The notes beneath the pieces were generated by a model, which was not told the DNA's origin, searched no databases, and saw only the letters and a program-made list of their open reading frames with translations. Positions 29,642 to 42,945 of a DNA stretch of 64,000 nt are shown here, in pieces. Made by a program: the position numbers and the translations under genes. The stretch lies in the NCBI GenBank assembly GCA_951406725.2, contig OX597819.1:128340001-128404000 (forward strand), written 5' to 3'. This DNA is from Octopus vulgaris (lineage: Eukaryota). Position 1 is the first letter of the stretch, and each line of letters starts with the position of its first letter.

Positions 29642-30493
29642 ACATTGCGGCCCTGTTTATTTGTTTTTACAAGTATGTATAAACATATATGTTTATACAC
29701 TTAAATATACATATACATAAGTATGCATATATTTGTGTTGGGGGGGGGGCGTATTATGTGTGTGCGTGCGCGCGCTTGTTGGATAGGTGTTAGTGAGGGT
29801 ATAATATGTGTCTTCATAAATATACGTTTATGGTCACTTGAAATGTTGGCGAGTTGCTGGACATATAGATAGAAAGATAGATAGATGAAATAGATAGAGA
29901 GAGAAGACAGAGAGAGAGGGGGAGAAAGAGAGAGAGACATGGAGAGAGAGGGGGGAAGTAAAGAGGGAAAGAGAGACTCGGCAAGCCAGGCACCTCGAAC
30001 TAGCAGACAGACAGACAGACAGACGAACAGACACAGATGAACAGATTGATAGGCAAATAAAAAAATGGAATTTATTATTTTCAATTTATAGATGGCAATT
30101 AAATTAAGATTTTACAATCTCTCACTACTACATTTACTATTAACACTGTTTTGAAATAAGATTACCATGTATTCTGTAGGAATTTTATGGCCAGGCTATA
30201 TTCATAAGCTACAAAACCTCTTAACCATACACACCGGTACACACACACACACGTACATACACACACACACAAACAAATATTTACGCACATAAACAACCAT
30301 TAGACTCTAAGCAAACATAAACACGTACACATACGTTCATTCATAAGCATATGCAAAATTGAATGTATATATGTATGTACTGGAGGTATGTATGCATGAA
30401 TGTGTGTGCGCGCGCAGGTGCCTTACATAGAACATAAACAACCTACATTTAATATATTTCATGTCACAAAGCCAGAAATCTCGAATGCAGTGA

Positions 30494-30584
<91 letters not shown>

Positions 30585-30704
30585 GTATTATTTACGAATT
30601 TGGTACATATATATATATGTATGTATATATGTAATATGTACGTATTTATGTTTGTACAAATATATATATATATATGTATAGATACATATATATATATGTA
30701 TGTA

Positions 30705-30735
<31 letters not shown>

Positions 30736-30908
30736 ATATATATATATATATATGTATGTATATATATATGTATATATATACATATATATACATGTATATA
30801 CATATATATATATAGATAGATATTGAGAGAGAGACAGAGAAATTGAGATACACACAAATATATACATACCTTATATCTATATAAACAAAAACACAGACAT
30901 ATACAAAG

Positions 30909-30959
<51 letters not shown>

Positions 30960-31083
30960 TGTATATGTATATACATACATATATACATATATGTATACAT
31001 TTATATATATATATATTTATATTTATATACACATGTATACATTTATATAAATGTATATATATGTATAAATAAAACATAAATAA

Positions 31084-31126
<43 letters not shown>

Positions 31127-31472
31127 TGTATATGTATATAAGTATGTACACATGAACATATGTGAATGTGTTAAACACATAAACACAGTGTTAATGCAGT
31201 TATAAACTGTGTTTTCTTAAAACTGTCTCAGAATTTCATTAATAGTATCTTTCCGCAAACATATTTGTAAATAAAATAAAAGTCGAATAGAATTTTCTTC
31301 AGATAAAATAACTGTTTATTACAAATATATATTCCCTGGCAGACATTCAAGTTTTTATAACCGACACACACACACACACACCTGCTATTATATGAGTTTG
31401 TGTGTGTGTGTGTGTATTTGTGTGTGTATGCTTGTGTGCGTGTATGTGTCTGTGTGCGTACTTGTGTTTATG

Positions 31473-31509
<37 letters not shown>

Positions 31510-31516
31510 ATATATA

Positions 31517-31568
<52 letters not shown>

Positions 31569-31732
31569 CATACATACATATATATATATATGTGTGTGTA
31601 TATATATATGTATATATATATACGTATATATTATAAATATGTATGTGTGTGTGTGTACATACATATTAGGATATACATATATGTATTATATATATGCATA
31701 TATATATATGTCTACATATTAGGATGTATATA

Positions 31733-31780
<48 letters not shown>

Positions 31781-31850
31781 ATATACATATGTGTGTGTGT
31801 GTATGTGTGTATACATTTTCATACATGTGTGCGTGTGTGTGTGTGTGTAT
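29290..31850. repeat. Microsatellite-rich block (TA, TG, GA, TATG) with short unique spacers
   Basis: Direct reading. Confidence 0.85.
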
Positions 31851-32231
31851 TTAATTAAAGAAATTAATTGAGCTGAAGGAATTAACTCAAAAGTGTCTAT
31901 GGAATGAATTTAGAGAAACGAATGGAAGACATATAACCGAAACAAATATCTCAAGAATTCTTATTTGAAAAAAAGGAAACAAACGCCTCAGACAAAAGAT
32001 GGCGAATATTTGGAAAATTAATTTCCAAAACTGAATATAAAAGGAAGCCAGGTTTATAAATGGACAACGTTTTTTTTTTTTTTTCTCTCGGTCATCTGGA
32101 CTTATTGTTTCTCGTTGCTGTGGTCACATAGTGTCAAACTAACCGCAGAGCTCAAGGTAATCCAAGACTGTTACATCAAGAAGGTTCTTTTCAACGGGAT
32201 GCGAAAGGACTAACAGAATTGACGCTGTACT

Positions 32232-32340
32232 TATATTCTTTTATTCTTATATTAGTTTCAGTTATCTGACTGCGACCATGCTGGAGCACTGCCTTTAGTC
32301 GAACAAATTTACTCCAGGACTTATTCCTTGTAAGCCTAGT
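32232..32340 (-). mobile_element. SINE family B 3' fragment
   Basis: catgctggagcactgcctttagtcgaacaa. Confidence 0.75.
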
Positions 32341-32342
32341 AT

Positions 32343-32406
<64 letters not shown>

Positions 32407-32410
<4 letters not shown>

Positions 32411-32520
32411 CAGCCATGATCTGACTCTAAAACACCCTTAATGGTCCATATATCAACACGGCTCTCCGTGTTGATATATGGACAATTAAGGTGGTTTTAC
32501 AGTCAGATCATGGCTGCTAT
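32407..32520. repeat. Near-perfect palindrome with 55-bp arms and a 4-nt loop
   Basis: atagcagccatgatctgact...caacacgg-ctct-ccgtgttg...agtcagatcatggctgctat. Confidence 0.92.
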
Positions 32521-32654
32521 TTTCAGCATGGTTGTATCTCGTTGATAGCCTAATTTATAATTTTAATAATTATTACCATTAAAGGTTATTTTTTTCTATG
32601 TTGACCACTTGATAAAATCGTTATTTTATTTTTAAATAAACGATCTTATCCTTA

Positions 32655-32772
32655 CTTATATAAATTTATATTTATATAAATTTATATATCTTTCATATAA
32701 ATATATAATCTTATATAAATTTATATATCTTTCATATAAATATATAATCTTATATAAATTTATATATCTTTC
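32655..32772. repeat. 39-bp AT-rich minisatellite, about 3 copies
   Basis: ttatataaatttatatatctttcatataaatatataatc is repeated. Confidence 0.8.
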
Positions 32773-32804
32773 AACATGTGATCTCTTGAGCACCACCAGC
32801 TCAA

Positions 32805-32988
32805 ATATTATTTCCTCTGTCTTCCCTTCTTGGGATCTTTCCTTCTCCTTGTTTCCGACAAAGAGCTCCGCTCGAAACGTTAAACCCTCCTTCCCTTCTT
32901 TCCTGAGCGTCAATAATACTTTAATTGTTCCACGTCCTGCGTTGCTGTGTTTTTTTTCTCTTTTTTTCTGTGTTTTCTTGTTTGGATT

Positions 32989-32992
<4 letters not shown>
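32805..32992 (+). mobile_element. Mini-element family E2 (Penelope pLTR-like) with a hammerhead-like motif at 32851-32885
   Basis: GTTT-CCGACAA-A-GAGC-TCC-GCTC-GAA-AC-GT-T-AAAC. The 3' end abuts (TA)n. Second copy at 44262. Confidence 0.68.
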
Positions 32993-33027
<35 letters not shown>

Positions 33028-33030
<3 letters not shown>

Positions 33031-34138
33031 TCATCCATAAGTTCTGTCCGATTTTACCTTTTTTGAAAATTGAACGAAATTTAATAGTATTTTTGAATTT
33101 CTAATGGAATTAAAAATTATTTTTAGGCATTTGTGTACATTTAAACTAATTAAATATTATTTTACAGAATAATAGAATTATAATTTCTTTGATTAAAAAC
33201 CCTTTCTGACATGGAAGTAGCCAAAGTGCATTTCAGGCAGATAATGTTTTATGAGTACAAAAAAAGGAAACTCTGCAGCCAAAGCGACTTGGAACATATA
33301 CTCAGTTTATGGGAAAGAATGCTTGAATGAAAGAAGTTGCAGAAGATGGTTTGCAAAATTCAGAAGTGGAGATTTCAGCCATGAAGATGAAGATCGAACA
33401 GGACGTCCAGCTGAGTTTGATGGGTTCCTAAACTTGGAAAATGGGTGCCCCATGAATTGTCTGAAAGCAACCGCAAATCCCGAGTTGACATCTGCTCTTC
33501 TCTCCATTCTCGCGAAATCATTTCACTCTGTAACTGGTGACGAAAAATGGATCTTCTATCGAAATGTTAAACGTCGTAAACAGTGGCTTGGTAAAAGGGA
33601 AAAAGCTCAACCACAACCGAGAAACTTCATGGGATAAAAGTCCTTTTCTCTATCTGGTGCGATTGCAAAGGAGTAATTCACTTTGAATTGTTACCACCTA
33701 ATGCAACAATCAATGCTGAATAAGAGCGTTTGAACCAAGCTTTGAAGAAAAAAGACCCGCTTTAGTGAATCGAAAAGGGGTGATGTTTCATCAGGACAAT
33801 GCGCAACCCCACACTGCAAAGATCACATCACAGAAGATCGTTGGGAAAAAATTCCTCAGCCACCTTATTTTAACAACCTTGGTCCTTCATTTGTTTCGTA
33901 GTGTACATTTGGGGGACATAACTTTCGCAACCCAGGAGGAGGTCAAAACTGATATTTCAGAGTTCTTCGCTTTGAAACCAAGAGTTTTACATTGATGAGA
34001 TTAAAAAGCTTGTAAATAGATGGAAGGAAGTCATAGATAATCAGGGAAAGTACGTTGATGATTAAATTTCAATTAAATATAACGTTTGATCACTTGTTTT
34101 CTGTATTCAAAATTAGGAAGGGACTTATGAGATGACCT

Positions 34139-34140
<2 letters not shown>
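33028..34140 (+). mobile_element. Mariner transposon with both TIRs, inserted in (TA)n
   Basis: Imperfect TIRs tc-gtcatccataagttctgtccgatttt / aaattaggaagggacttatgagatgacctga, with TA on both sides. Confidence 0.9.
33211..34065 (+). pseudogene. Mariner transposase pseudogene with frameshifts and an internal deletion
   Basis: KKGNSAAKA..I..VYG...RRWFAKFRSGDF..ED..R.GRP, then KLGKWVPHEL, VTGDEKW, HQDNAQPH and G.YVDD*. Confidence 0.9.
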
Positions 34141-34169
<29 letters not shown>

Positions 34170-34244
34170 AATTTAATTTTCGGATTTTTTTCAAAATATG
34201 CTAGGCCACTGGTTTTAATTGATTAATATCTATTTCTACCCTTA

Positions 34245-34316
<72 letters not shown>

Positions 34317-34636
34317 ACAATTTATGGCTAAAAGGACCATATTTTTTCAATATTTCAGGGATCTGCAAGGCCTAAATCTCGGTATATTCAAAACACTAAG
34401 GCACATTTTATAACTGAGACCTTATATAAATCTCCTGATTCAACAAGCCCATGTGCGGAAAGAGCATCGTTGAAATAAATGAATTAAAAGCTGTACTAAT
34501 ATGATCGCAACCGCTGGCTGCAACAAGTAACAGAAATAAAAACACGTTCTCAAAGAAAAATCCTATCTCTTTAAGCGATTGATATGACAGCTACGGGGTT
34601 CTTCATCTGTTTTTAACAGAACAGCAGCCAGCTCAA

Positions 34637-34690
<54 letters not shown>

Positions 34691-35466
34691 AATATATATA
34701 TTATATATATACATACATATATATATATATATATACATACATACATGCATAGATATATATATATATATACACATACATACATATATATATATATATATTG
34801 CGATCGTAGGGGGGGGGCTTGTCTCCTTTGTCAGCTCATCAACATAGTGCTTTTTGTGTCTATTGAGTTGTTTTGACTCTTATTTCTAGCAATATTGGTG
34901 CTGATTAGTGCCCTTGTTCACTTAAGAAACATGTGTGTGTGTATGTGCGTGTATACTGAGAGAGAGAGAGAGATGTATATGCATATATGTTTATATATAT
35001 TAATACAAAATAGGACAAGAACGCAAAATATCCGGACAACTATGTGATACAATAAGGGACAACAAAACATCCAGATAGACGATACAAAAAACACGGATGG
35101 GTCATTCGAAGCCTTCAATCTTCAGTCAAGAACCGGATCATCCTCACAATTTCGGCTCATTAATCTTGAGATTGCTCCAATCTGGCCAGCCCCAAGGAAA
35201 AACTAAGCTAAGAGCATTAGATTCCTTGGGAAAAAGCATCGAATGTATACGAAACAAGGACGGAAAAACGGACGATGTTACACGAATATAAATACAAAAA
35301 TAATACAAAAAAACAACAATAATAATAATAATAACATGACATAACAACAAGCGTCTTTCGACTGGAGACGAATTGAATTCAGCTGGCGTGTTGATAATTA
35401 AGCCTTACGGCAGAGAGAAGAGACAGAAGAAGAGGAACAAAGGAATTAAGGAGGGACACACACACA

Positions 35467-35501
<35 letters not shown>

Positions 35502-35698
35502 TTATATATATATATGTGTGTGTGTGTGTGTATGTATATATGTATATATATATACATACATACATATAAATATATATATATATACATACATACATACAAA
35601 TATATATATATATATATATACATACATACATACATATAAATGTGTGTGTGTGTATGTGTGTGCGTTTGTGCGTGTGTGTGTGTGTGTGTGTGTGTGCA

Positions 35699-36058
35699 AG
35701 CGTGGCTGTGTGGCAAGAAGCTTGCTTCCCAATCACGTGGTTCCGGATTCAGTCTCACTACGCGACTCCTTAGCCAAGAGTCTTCTACTATAGCCTCGTG
35801 AGTAGATTTGGTACACGGAAACTGAAAGAAGCTCGTCGTATATGTATGTATATATCTATGTGTGTGTCTTTGTGTCTGTGCCCCCCCCCCCCCATCAGCG
35901 CTCGGTGTGTTTACGTTCAGCAAAAGAGACTGAATGAATAAGTATTAAGCTTAAAAAATAAGTCCTCGGGTCTATTTGTTCCACTAATATACCTCAAGGC
36001 GATGCTCCAGCATGGTCGCAAATTACTGAAACACACAAAAAAAGAATCAAAGAAAAGA

Positions 36059-36060
<2 letters not shown>
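35699..36060 (+). mobile_element. SINE family B, diverged, with deletions
   Basis: gtggctgtgtggcaagaagcttgc...aaagagt. Confidence 0.75.
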
Positions 36061-36111
<51 letters not shown>

Positions 36112-36639
36112 GTGAGAGAAAGAGAGAGAGAAAAAGATACACCCACACTGTCATGTATACGCAATCTTACAAAATTTACAGGCATAACTATGATTGATGA
36201 TTGATGATGTGCGCTGCACATCGATGTGGTTCCGTGTTCGATCTCAAAGCGTGCACCACTGGGTGTATATGTCGTGCATTATAACTGCAGGTTGACCAAT
36301 AGCTTGAGAGTGATATTCAGTAGACAGGGTTTGTGCGGAAGGCCATCGAATAAATTTATGTACATATATTTCTGTGTCTGTGTACGTAGGTTTTGTGTGT
36401 GTGTTTGTGTGTATGTATGTGTTTGTGTGTGCGTATGTGTGTGTGTGGTGTGTATACATATGTGTGTGTTTGCATGTAGATAGATACTTAGATTGACAGA
36501 TAGATTAAGTTTGCATTTTTTTAAAGTAAATTCAGTCAACAGATGCCATTTCCAGAAAAATGAAGAACTCAGCGCAGGAGTCTAAATAGTTTATTAGACG
36601 GAAATACAGTTATTGGAAAATGAAAAGAAATATTTCGTT

Positions 36640-36864
36640 TTTGGATTTGGTTTGCAAAATTCTTTATATGAGTTCGTGCGTTGAAGCATATTCTGTTGTG
36701 TCTGGGGAGAGTCATTTTCTTTTTGTGCCTTATAATATAATTCACTCAGCGGTAAAATTTCCACTTAAAAAAAATTTTTTTTAAGAAAAATGTGGAAATT
36801 TTACCAGCGAGTGTGTTATATTATAAGGCACAAAAAAAAATGACTTTCCCCAGACACAACAGAA
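36640..36864. repeat. Copy of the 581 repeat ending in a fold-back (36691-36764 / 36792-36864)
   Basis: The arms are reverse complements with a few mismatches. Confidence 0.8.
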
Positions 36865-37920
36865 AAGAAATAAATGCAAAAAATTATTAACAGTGCGTGA
36901 AGTTTTGGCTGAAGAGAAATGCGTTTAAAACTCCTTCCACTATCATAGATGTTCTCTTAATCTTTCTTTATCTGATGAGCGAAATTTCGAAGTCACAACC
37001 ATCCTGTATTTTTGTATTTCGCCTTAATGAAAGGTATGTGGAGAGGGGGTGCGATTTGTGTCTTTTGCCAACAAGTATCAACGAAATTTATAATATCGGA
37101 TGAAAAACCGCTACTTCGAGAATGAAGTCCCTTGAGATAATTGTTCTATATCACGTTACCAACACTCACTTGTTACTCTTGCCGTCATAAGTGCAGCGAA
37201 CCAGTGATTTTACCTGTGTGGAACAACTAAACAAATTTATAACAAAAAATGATATGTCAGGATATATTTGTAGTTTTAATTACTGGCATAATATATCCGT
37301 GGAGGATTCGTTAATTGCATACTTGAGTGATTAAACCACTATCACGTGATCTCGAGTTCACAGGTTTTCAACGGTTGAACTCTATTCAAAAGAAGCATCC
37401 TGAAGTTTTCGCTTTAGTAATGCTATCACATCGTTGTTAATTTATCGATGTCACTTCGCTTCCACTGACACTTCCAAGTTTTGTTCAGCCGATCAACAGA
37501 AGCCGTAACCACGCATACACTGTGAAGGTAAAGAAACGGAACAAGACAGAATTCTAATGAATAACAGTGAATTTCAGAGAGCCCTTTATAATGGCTTTTT
37601 GTAGGCATTGAAAAGGTCTTTGGTGCTGTACATAAGATTCTACGTTTCTATGAAACCAAAAACATTTTGATAAATAAGTGCAGAGTTTAAACAGTTAGCT
37701 CCAAAATTAATCTGAAGTTAGATGTGAGGTGTTGCAGGGACGTGAGCTATACCCCGTTTTTTATTTGCTTTTTCTTATAAGATATGTCGTAAAGAAAACA
37801 AACGGTGTTAGAAGAGTTGAGTGAGATTATGAAAAGTATCTTGGGAATTAGGATTATGCTAATGACATTGATTCATTGTTTTCCTTGGTAAAGGAGCATC
37901 AAAAATACAAAGAATAATAT

Positions 37921-38304
37921 CTGGAAGCACTCCGTCGGTTACGACGACGAGGGTTCCGGTTGATCCGAATCAACGGAACAGCCTGCTCGTGAAATTAACG
38001 TGTAAGTGGCTGAGCACTCCACAGACACGTGTACCCTTAACGTAGTTCTCGGGGATATTCAGCGTGACACAGAGAGTGACAAGGCCGGCCCTTTCAAATA
38101 CAGGTACAACAGAAACAGGAAGTAAGAGTGAGAGAAAGTTGTGGTGAAAGAGTACAGCGGGGATCACCACCATCGCCTGCCGGAGACTCGTAGAGCTTTA
38201 GGTGTTTTCGCTCAATAAACACTCACAACGCCCGGTCTGGGAATCGAAACTGCGACCCTATGACCGCGAGTCCGCTGCCCTAACCACTGGGCCATTGCGC
38301 CTCC
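37921..38304 (-). mobile_element. SINE family A1 (tRNA-derived), full length
   Basis: A box tggcccagtgg and B box gtttcgattcc. 14-bp TSD acaaagaataatat at 37907-37920 and 38305-38318. Confidence 0.92.
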
Positions 38305-38620
38305 ACAAAGAATAATATAGAAGCTTGGTGAAATAGCCAAAGGTGTGGGATTAAATATAAATCTCAATGAAAACCAAATTATGACAACTGAACATACGGT
38401 AAGAGTTCGTCATTAAATTGGCAGACACCAGAAAGGATAAATAAGTGTAAATAACCTGGAACTTTTATAGAAAGTGACGGATCTTTAGAAACTGAATTCG
38501 ACTAAAGATTTAAGAAAATATATCAAGCAATGAAAATACTATTAAACGTGCAGAAATCTTGTAGATTAACAATTCATACGAAAATTGAATTGTATGGGAT
38601 ATAAGAAGTGTTTTAATATA

Positions 38621-38922
38621 CAGTTGCGGCCAAAATGTTCAGAACGGCATTGTTTTCGCCAGAAAAGTAGGTATAAGTTTTTATCAAAGTTGTTTTATAT
38701 TCTCTAATTTTCACAGACAATAAATACGATATTATGGGTTTTGCAGTAAATCACTAAATCATCCATAACTTTTGTATTATCCTCTCAAATTACACCAAAA
38801 TCTCAGACGATAACAATTAATATCGTATTTATTGTCTGTGAACATTATAGAATATAGAACAACTTTGATAAAAACTTATACTGGCGAAAACAATGCCGTT
38901 CTGAACATTTTGGCCGCAACTG
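38621..38922. mobile_element. Tc1/mariner-type MITE, 302 bp, TIRs about 105-115 bp
   Basis: TA|cagttgcggccaaaatgttcagaacggc ... gccgttctgaacattttggccgcaactg|TA. Confidence 0.9.
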
Positions 38923-39499
38923 TATGTGAGTGAGCCATAGCATAGCCAGCAAATTATAAGCAATCGTCTTAGATTATCTGAAAATAAAGCATTAGGACAA
39001 ATCATGGGGCCCACTTGGTATGATTTCGTGGAAAATGAATGGGCTTAAAACATAAATAAAGTATCGTATATTGATGTACAAATAACAGCCTCAATTTAGG
39101 TAGAATGCCATCTATTTTGAAGGAACTGGATTAGTCGATATCACCGGCCCCAGCACTAGACTGGTACTTTATTTTCTTAACCTCTGGAAGAATTTAAAAA
39201 AACAGAGTTGGCCCCGGCAAGATTTGAGCTTAGAACATAAAGAGTGGAAAAAACATACTGCAAAGCACTTATCAACGCATAAATAATTGTTTCTAATACA
39301 GGCACTGAAGACCTCGTGAGAGGGGTTAGTCAACTACATCGACCTCACTACTTGACTTGTACTTTATTTTATCGACCCGGAATGGACAAAGTCAGAATAT
39401 ACCATATGCATGCATACATACATACATACATACATACATACATACATACATACATCATACATACATACATACATATATATATACATATATATGTGTGTA

Positions 39500-39545
<46 letters not shown>

Positions 39546-39791
39546 AGCACTCGCTTACTCACACATGCAAAAGAAGTTTTAATTAAAACTTTGTTGCAAG
39601 TTTTTTATTCCCTTGTTTATTTATGCCCCATTCTAAAGTAACCCTGCTCTATCAAAATATTACCAGGCCTCACCTTGTGAAACACTAGTATATAGCTTTG
39701 CTACCCAACAAGATAGCCTGTATATGGTCGTCAGGCTTGCGAGAAATAGCAACTGAAATCTCCCTAAATCATTTTATATACAATTCTTGTG

Positions 39792-39995
39792 TGAGCTGGT
39801 TGAATCGTTAGTGCTTCGGACAAAATGCTTAGCAACAGTTCTTCCTGCTCGTTTTGATTTCAAGTCCTGCTGAGGTCGACTTTATCATTCATTCTTTCGG
39901 GGTCGATAAAATAAATTACTAGTGAAGTACTGAGGTCGATGTAATCGCCTTCCCCACTCTCTTTAAATCTGCTGGCCTTCTGCAAAAGATACAAA
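39792..39995 (+). mobile_element. SINE family C, old copy with the short tail
   Basis: gaggtcgacttt...tttcggggtcgataaa. Confidence 0.65.
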
Positions 39996-40121
39996 TAATT
40001 ACAAACACGGCTACATTACTACAGATTATATAGAAAGACTGTGATGAATACAGTTAGAAACTTTTCACTCCTTGAACTACGCAGCATAGGGCTTAATAAC
40101 TAATTGGAGTGGCTTCTATAT

Positions 40122-40376
40122 CAATAATTTTCAAACGGGGTTCATACGGCCCTTGGGGATCCATATAAAGTTAGTTGCAAAAAAAATTATCTGCAATAAA
40201 TTGTTTATACTTCTACAATATACAAAATATTTTAATAATTATTTTTATGCAATTCCTAATAATATGCAATTATAAAAATATAATAAGATTTATTTAACAT
40301 CGAATGGCTAGGAGTGTCCCTCCGAGTAAAGCATGAATCAAAGGGTCCATAGGTAAAAAGTGGTTGAGAAACGCGG
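40122..40376. mobile_element. Possible decayed hAT (Charlie-like) MITE
   Basis: Ends caataattttcaaac / gttgagaaacgcgg, with flanks ttctatat / ccctatat as an imperfect 8-bp TSD. Confidence 0.4.
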
Positions 40377-41439
40377 CCCTATATAGTCACCGGACATACT
40401 AGATATTTCCCTCAAATCAAACTTTACCAGCGTAGAAAAAAAAACACAATGAACAGTTTAGTCTTTGTTATGCAAAAAGATATTATTATGGTCACAGCTG
40501 GAACATGTTCCTCGTTGGACTGCTCAATACCACCATCTTCCTGTTGGACGACTTACCCCGGACCAATGCAACTCTTCCTCGCTTGATGTCCTCATAGAGT
40601 GATGTGGTATGAACATCTGGCTTGTCATACTTTTAGTCACACTGGCCATTTGTTAGCTGATTTATCTCATTTGCTCATATCATGACTACAGATGATGGCA
40701 ATAATTCGCTAACTGGTCTGGTTGATCCTGTCCGCTGACATTTTGCTGTCTCCGCTCAACATCCATTATTGATTCAATAAGTTCGTTTTCCGAAATAGTT
40801 CTCATCCACGATGCAGCATCCCATGATTTCAACGTACTTTGACTCTGGTGGTTACATGCTAATTAACCCAGGACTTTTGCAGGTACTGCTGCTCCGGGTA
40901 AGGGTAGACCTGGAAACAATAGTAGCTAAAAGGTGGGTCCGCTTCTTCAAAACCTCAGAACCTCCGAACCCAGGCTCTATAGAGCCTTGCTAAAATCTTG
41001 ATAGCCTTCAATTGGTCAATTTACCTACAAGAAATAGCAACCAAATCTCCCTGAAATTATACATATCTTAAAACAAAACAACAATGATCTAATTCGACAA
41101 TCTACCCTTAGACCTGCCTAACGTTGTGTTAATGGCGGACAGAAATCCTTCAGTCATCAGACTACTAGATCAGCCTGGCCTGGGACTGACACACACTAAC
41201 ATACTGGGCTTTGTGTGCAGTCAAAAGGTACTAATAATGAGTGATTGGTTGTTTATAAACCAATACATCCCTCATTAATTTCCGCTATTCTCTTGTTACA
41301 ATATATTTTGAATAATTTCCTGTTGTATTTGTTTGTTCTTTTCGTGTTGTTTTGCTTTTAAAATATTTTGTGTTGGTATTTTGAAAATATCCAAGTGGCA
41401 ACTAACTACTTCCACATAGTAATGTGTTTGTTAGTAAGG

Positions 41440-42096
41440 CTGGAGATGGAGGTGTAGGGTAGGAATGGCGTGGCGGTGACGGTGATGGTGCGGTAGTGGT
41501 AGTGGTGGTGGTGGTGGTCGTCGTCGTCGTCGTTGTCGTCTCGTCGTCGTCATAGCGTGATGGTAGGGGCGGTGAGAGTTGACTTTGAGAAGGGAGAAGA
41601 GATAATGCTGGAGGATGGTGGTGCTCGTGGTGACGATAGTGATAGTGGCGGTGGTGGTGGTGGTGGTGGTATAGGTGGTGGTGGTGGTGGTGGTGGTGGT
41701 GATAGTGGTGGTGGCAGTGGTGGCGGTGGTGGTGGTGGTGGTGTTTGTGGCGCAGATGTGGGCTGGAAGTGATGGAGTTATGCTTGGGATGATGATGATG
41801 AAGATGATGATGATGATGAGGAGGAGGAGGAGGAGGAGGAGGAGGGAGAAATAGTGAAAAGAGGAGAAACATAATGATGATGGTGGTAGTGGTGGTGGTG
41901 GTGGTGGTGGTGGTGTTGCTGCTGAAACTGATTGTGCTGTCGCTGGTCGTCGTACGAATAGTGATAGTGATGGGTGAGATAATGATGTTAGCTGTGGTTT
42001 AGTAATAACGATGGTATTAGTGGTGGTGGTGGTGGTAGGAGGGGTGTTATTAGTGGGAGTGGTAGAAGAGTTGTCGTGCATAAGGTAGCTGTTATT

Positions 42097-42159
<63 letters not shown>

Positions 42160-42200
42160 TTGGAGGTTCGTGGTGGTGGTCGTGGTGGTAGCTGTGGTTT
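41440..42200. repeat. Triplet-repeat block (GGT, GAT, GAG, GTA)
   Basis: Direct reading. Confidence 0.9.
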
Positions 42201-42373
42201 GGGTTTAAAGGGAGGATGGTGAGGCCGAGTGAAGTGGGGGGTGGGGCAAGGTCAAACAGCTACAATTGAACGGCCACGGTTGAACGGAATCTTCATACAG
42301 AGTGGAGATCCCTCGCTATTCGTTATATTCCTTTGTTCTCTGGAGATGTCCCTGCTAATAATTATTTAGCAAA

Positions 42374-42482
42374 ACACACACACACACACACACACATACA
42401 CACATACACACACACACACACATACATACACACATACACACATATGCAGATTCTTACACATACATGCATACAATACATGTGT

Positions 42483-42546
<64 letters not shown>

Positions 42547-42945
42547 ATGTATATATATATATGAATGTACGTATGTATACATATATATGAATGTATGTAT
42601 ACATATATATGTATGTATGCATGTATGTATGTATTATGCATGTATGTATGAATGTATGTATGTATGTATGTATGTATGTATGTATGTATGTATGTATGTG
42701 TGTATGTATGTATGTGTGTGTGTATGCATGTATGTATGTATGCATGTATGTATGTATGTATGCATGTATGTATGTATGTATGTATGTATGTATGTATATA
42801 TGTATGCATGTATGTATGTATGCATGGATGTATGTATATATGTACGCACGTATGTATGTATGTATGTATGTATGTATGCATTTATGTATGTGTGTATGTA
42901 TGTATGTATGTATGTATGTATGTATGCATGTATGTGTGTTTGTGT
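42374..42945. repeat. Compound CA/TA/TATG microsatellite
   Basis: Direct reading. Confidence 0.9.

Larger units (their letters stand above)
37540..39010 (+). mobile_element. Very decayed LINE RT (RTE-like) hosting a SINE and a MITE
   Basis: Remnant motifs: FVGIEKVFGAV (cf. F-D-EKAFD-V), GVLQG-EL-P-F, DYAND (cf. YADD), KVGLNIN--KTK. Confidence 0.55.

Noticed and set aside
31860-32220. Unique block with a YY1-like AAGATGGCG and an AAG|GTAATC donor-like site
   Set aside because: The motifs are short and there is no ORF or acceptor support.
35095-35175. ctgaaga...ttcgaa and ctcaaga...ccgaaa motifs on the minus strand (also 17640-17668) as further hammerheads
   Set aside because: The stems could not be completed convincingly from single copies.
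36972-36995. ctgatgagcgaaatttcgaagtc as a hammerhead core
   Set aside because: No credible stem II or closing stem I. Likely a chance match.
41402-42081. Poly-His/Thr/Pro/Gly ORFs resembling a low-complexity transcription-factor exon (likewise 24026-24283, 26421-27177, 51971-52636)
   Set aside because: Triplet repeats open in several frames on both strands, with register shifts and no flanking folded domain.
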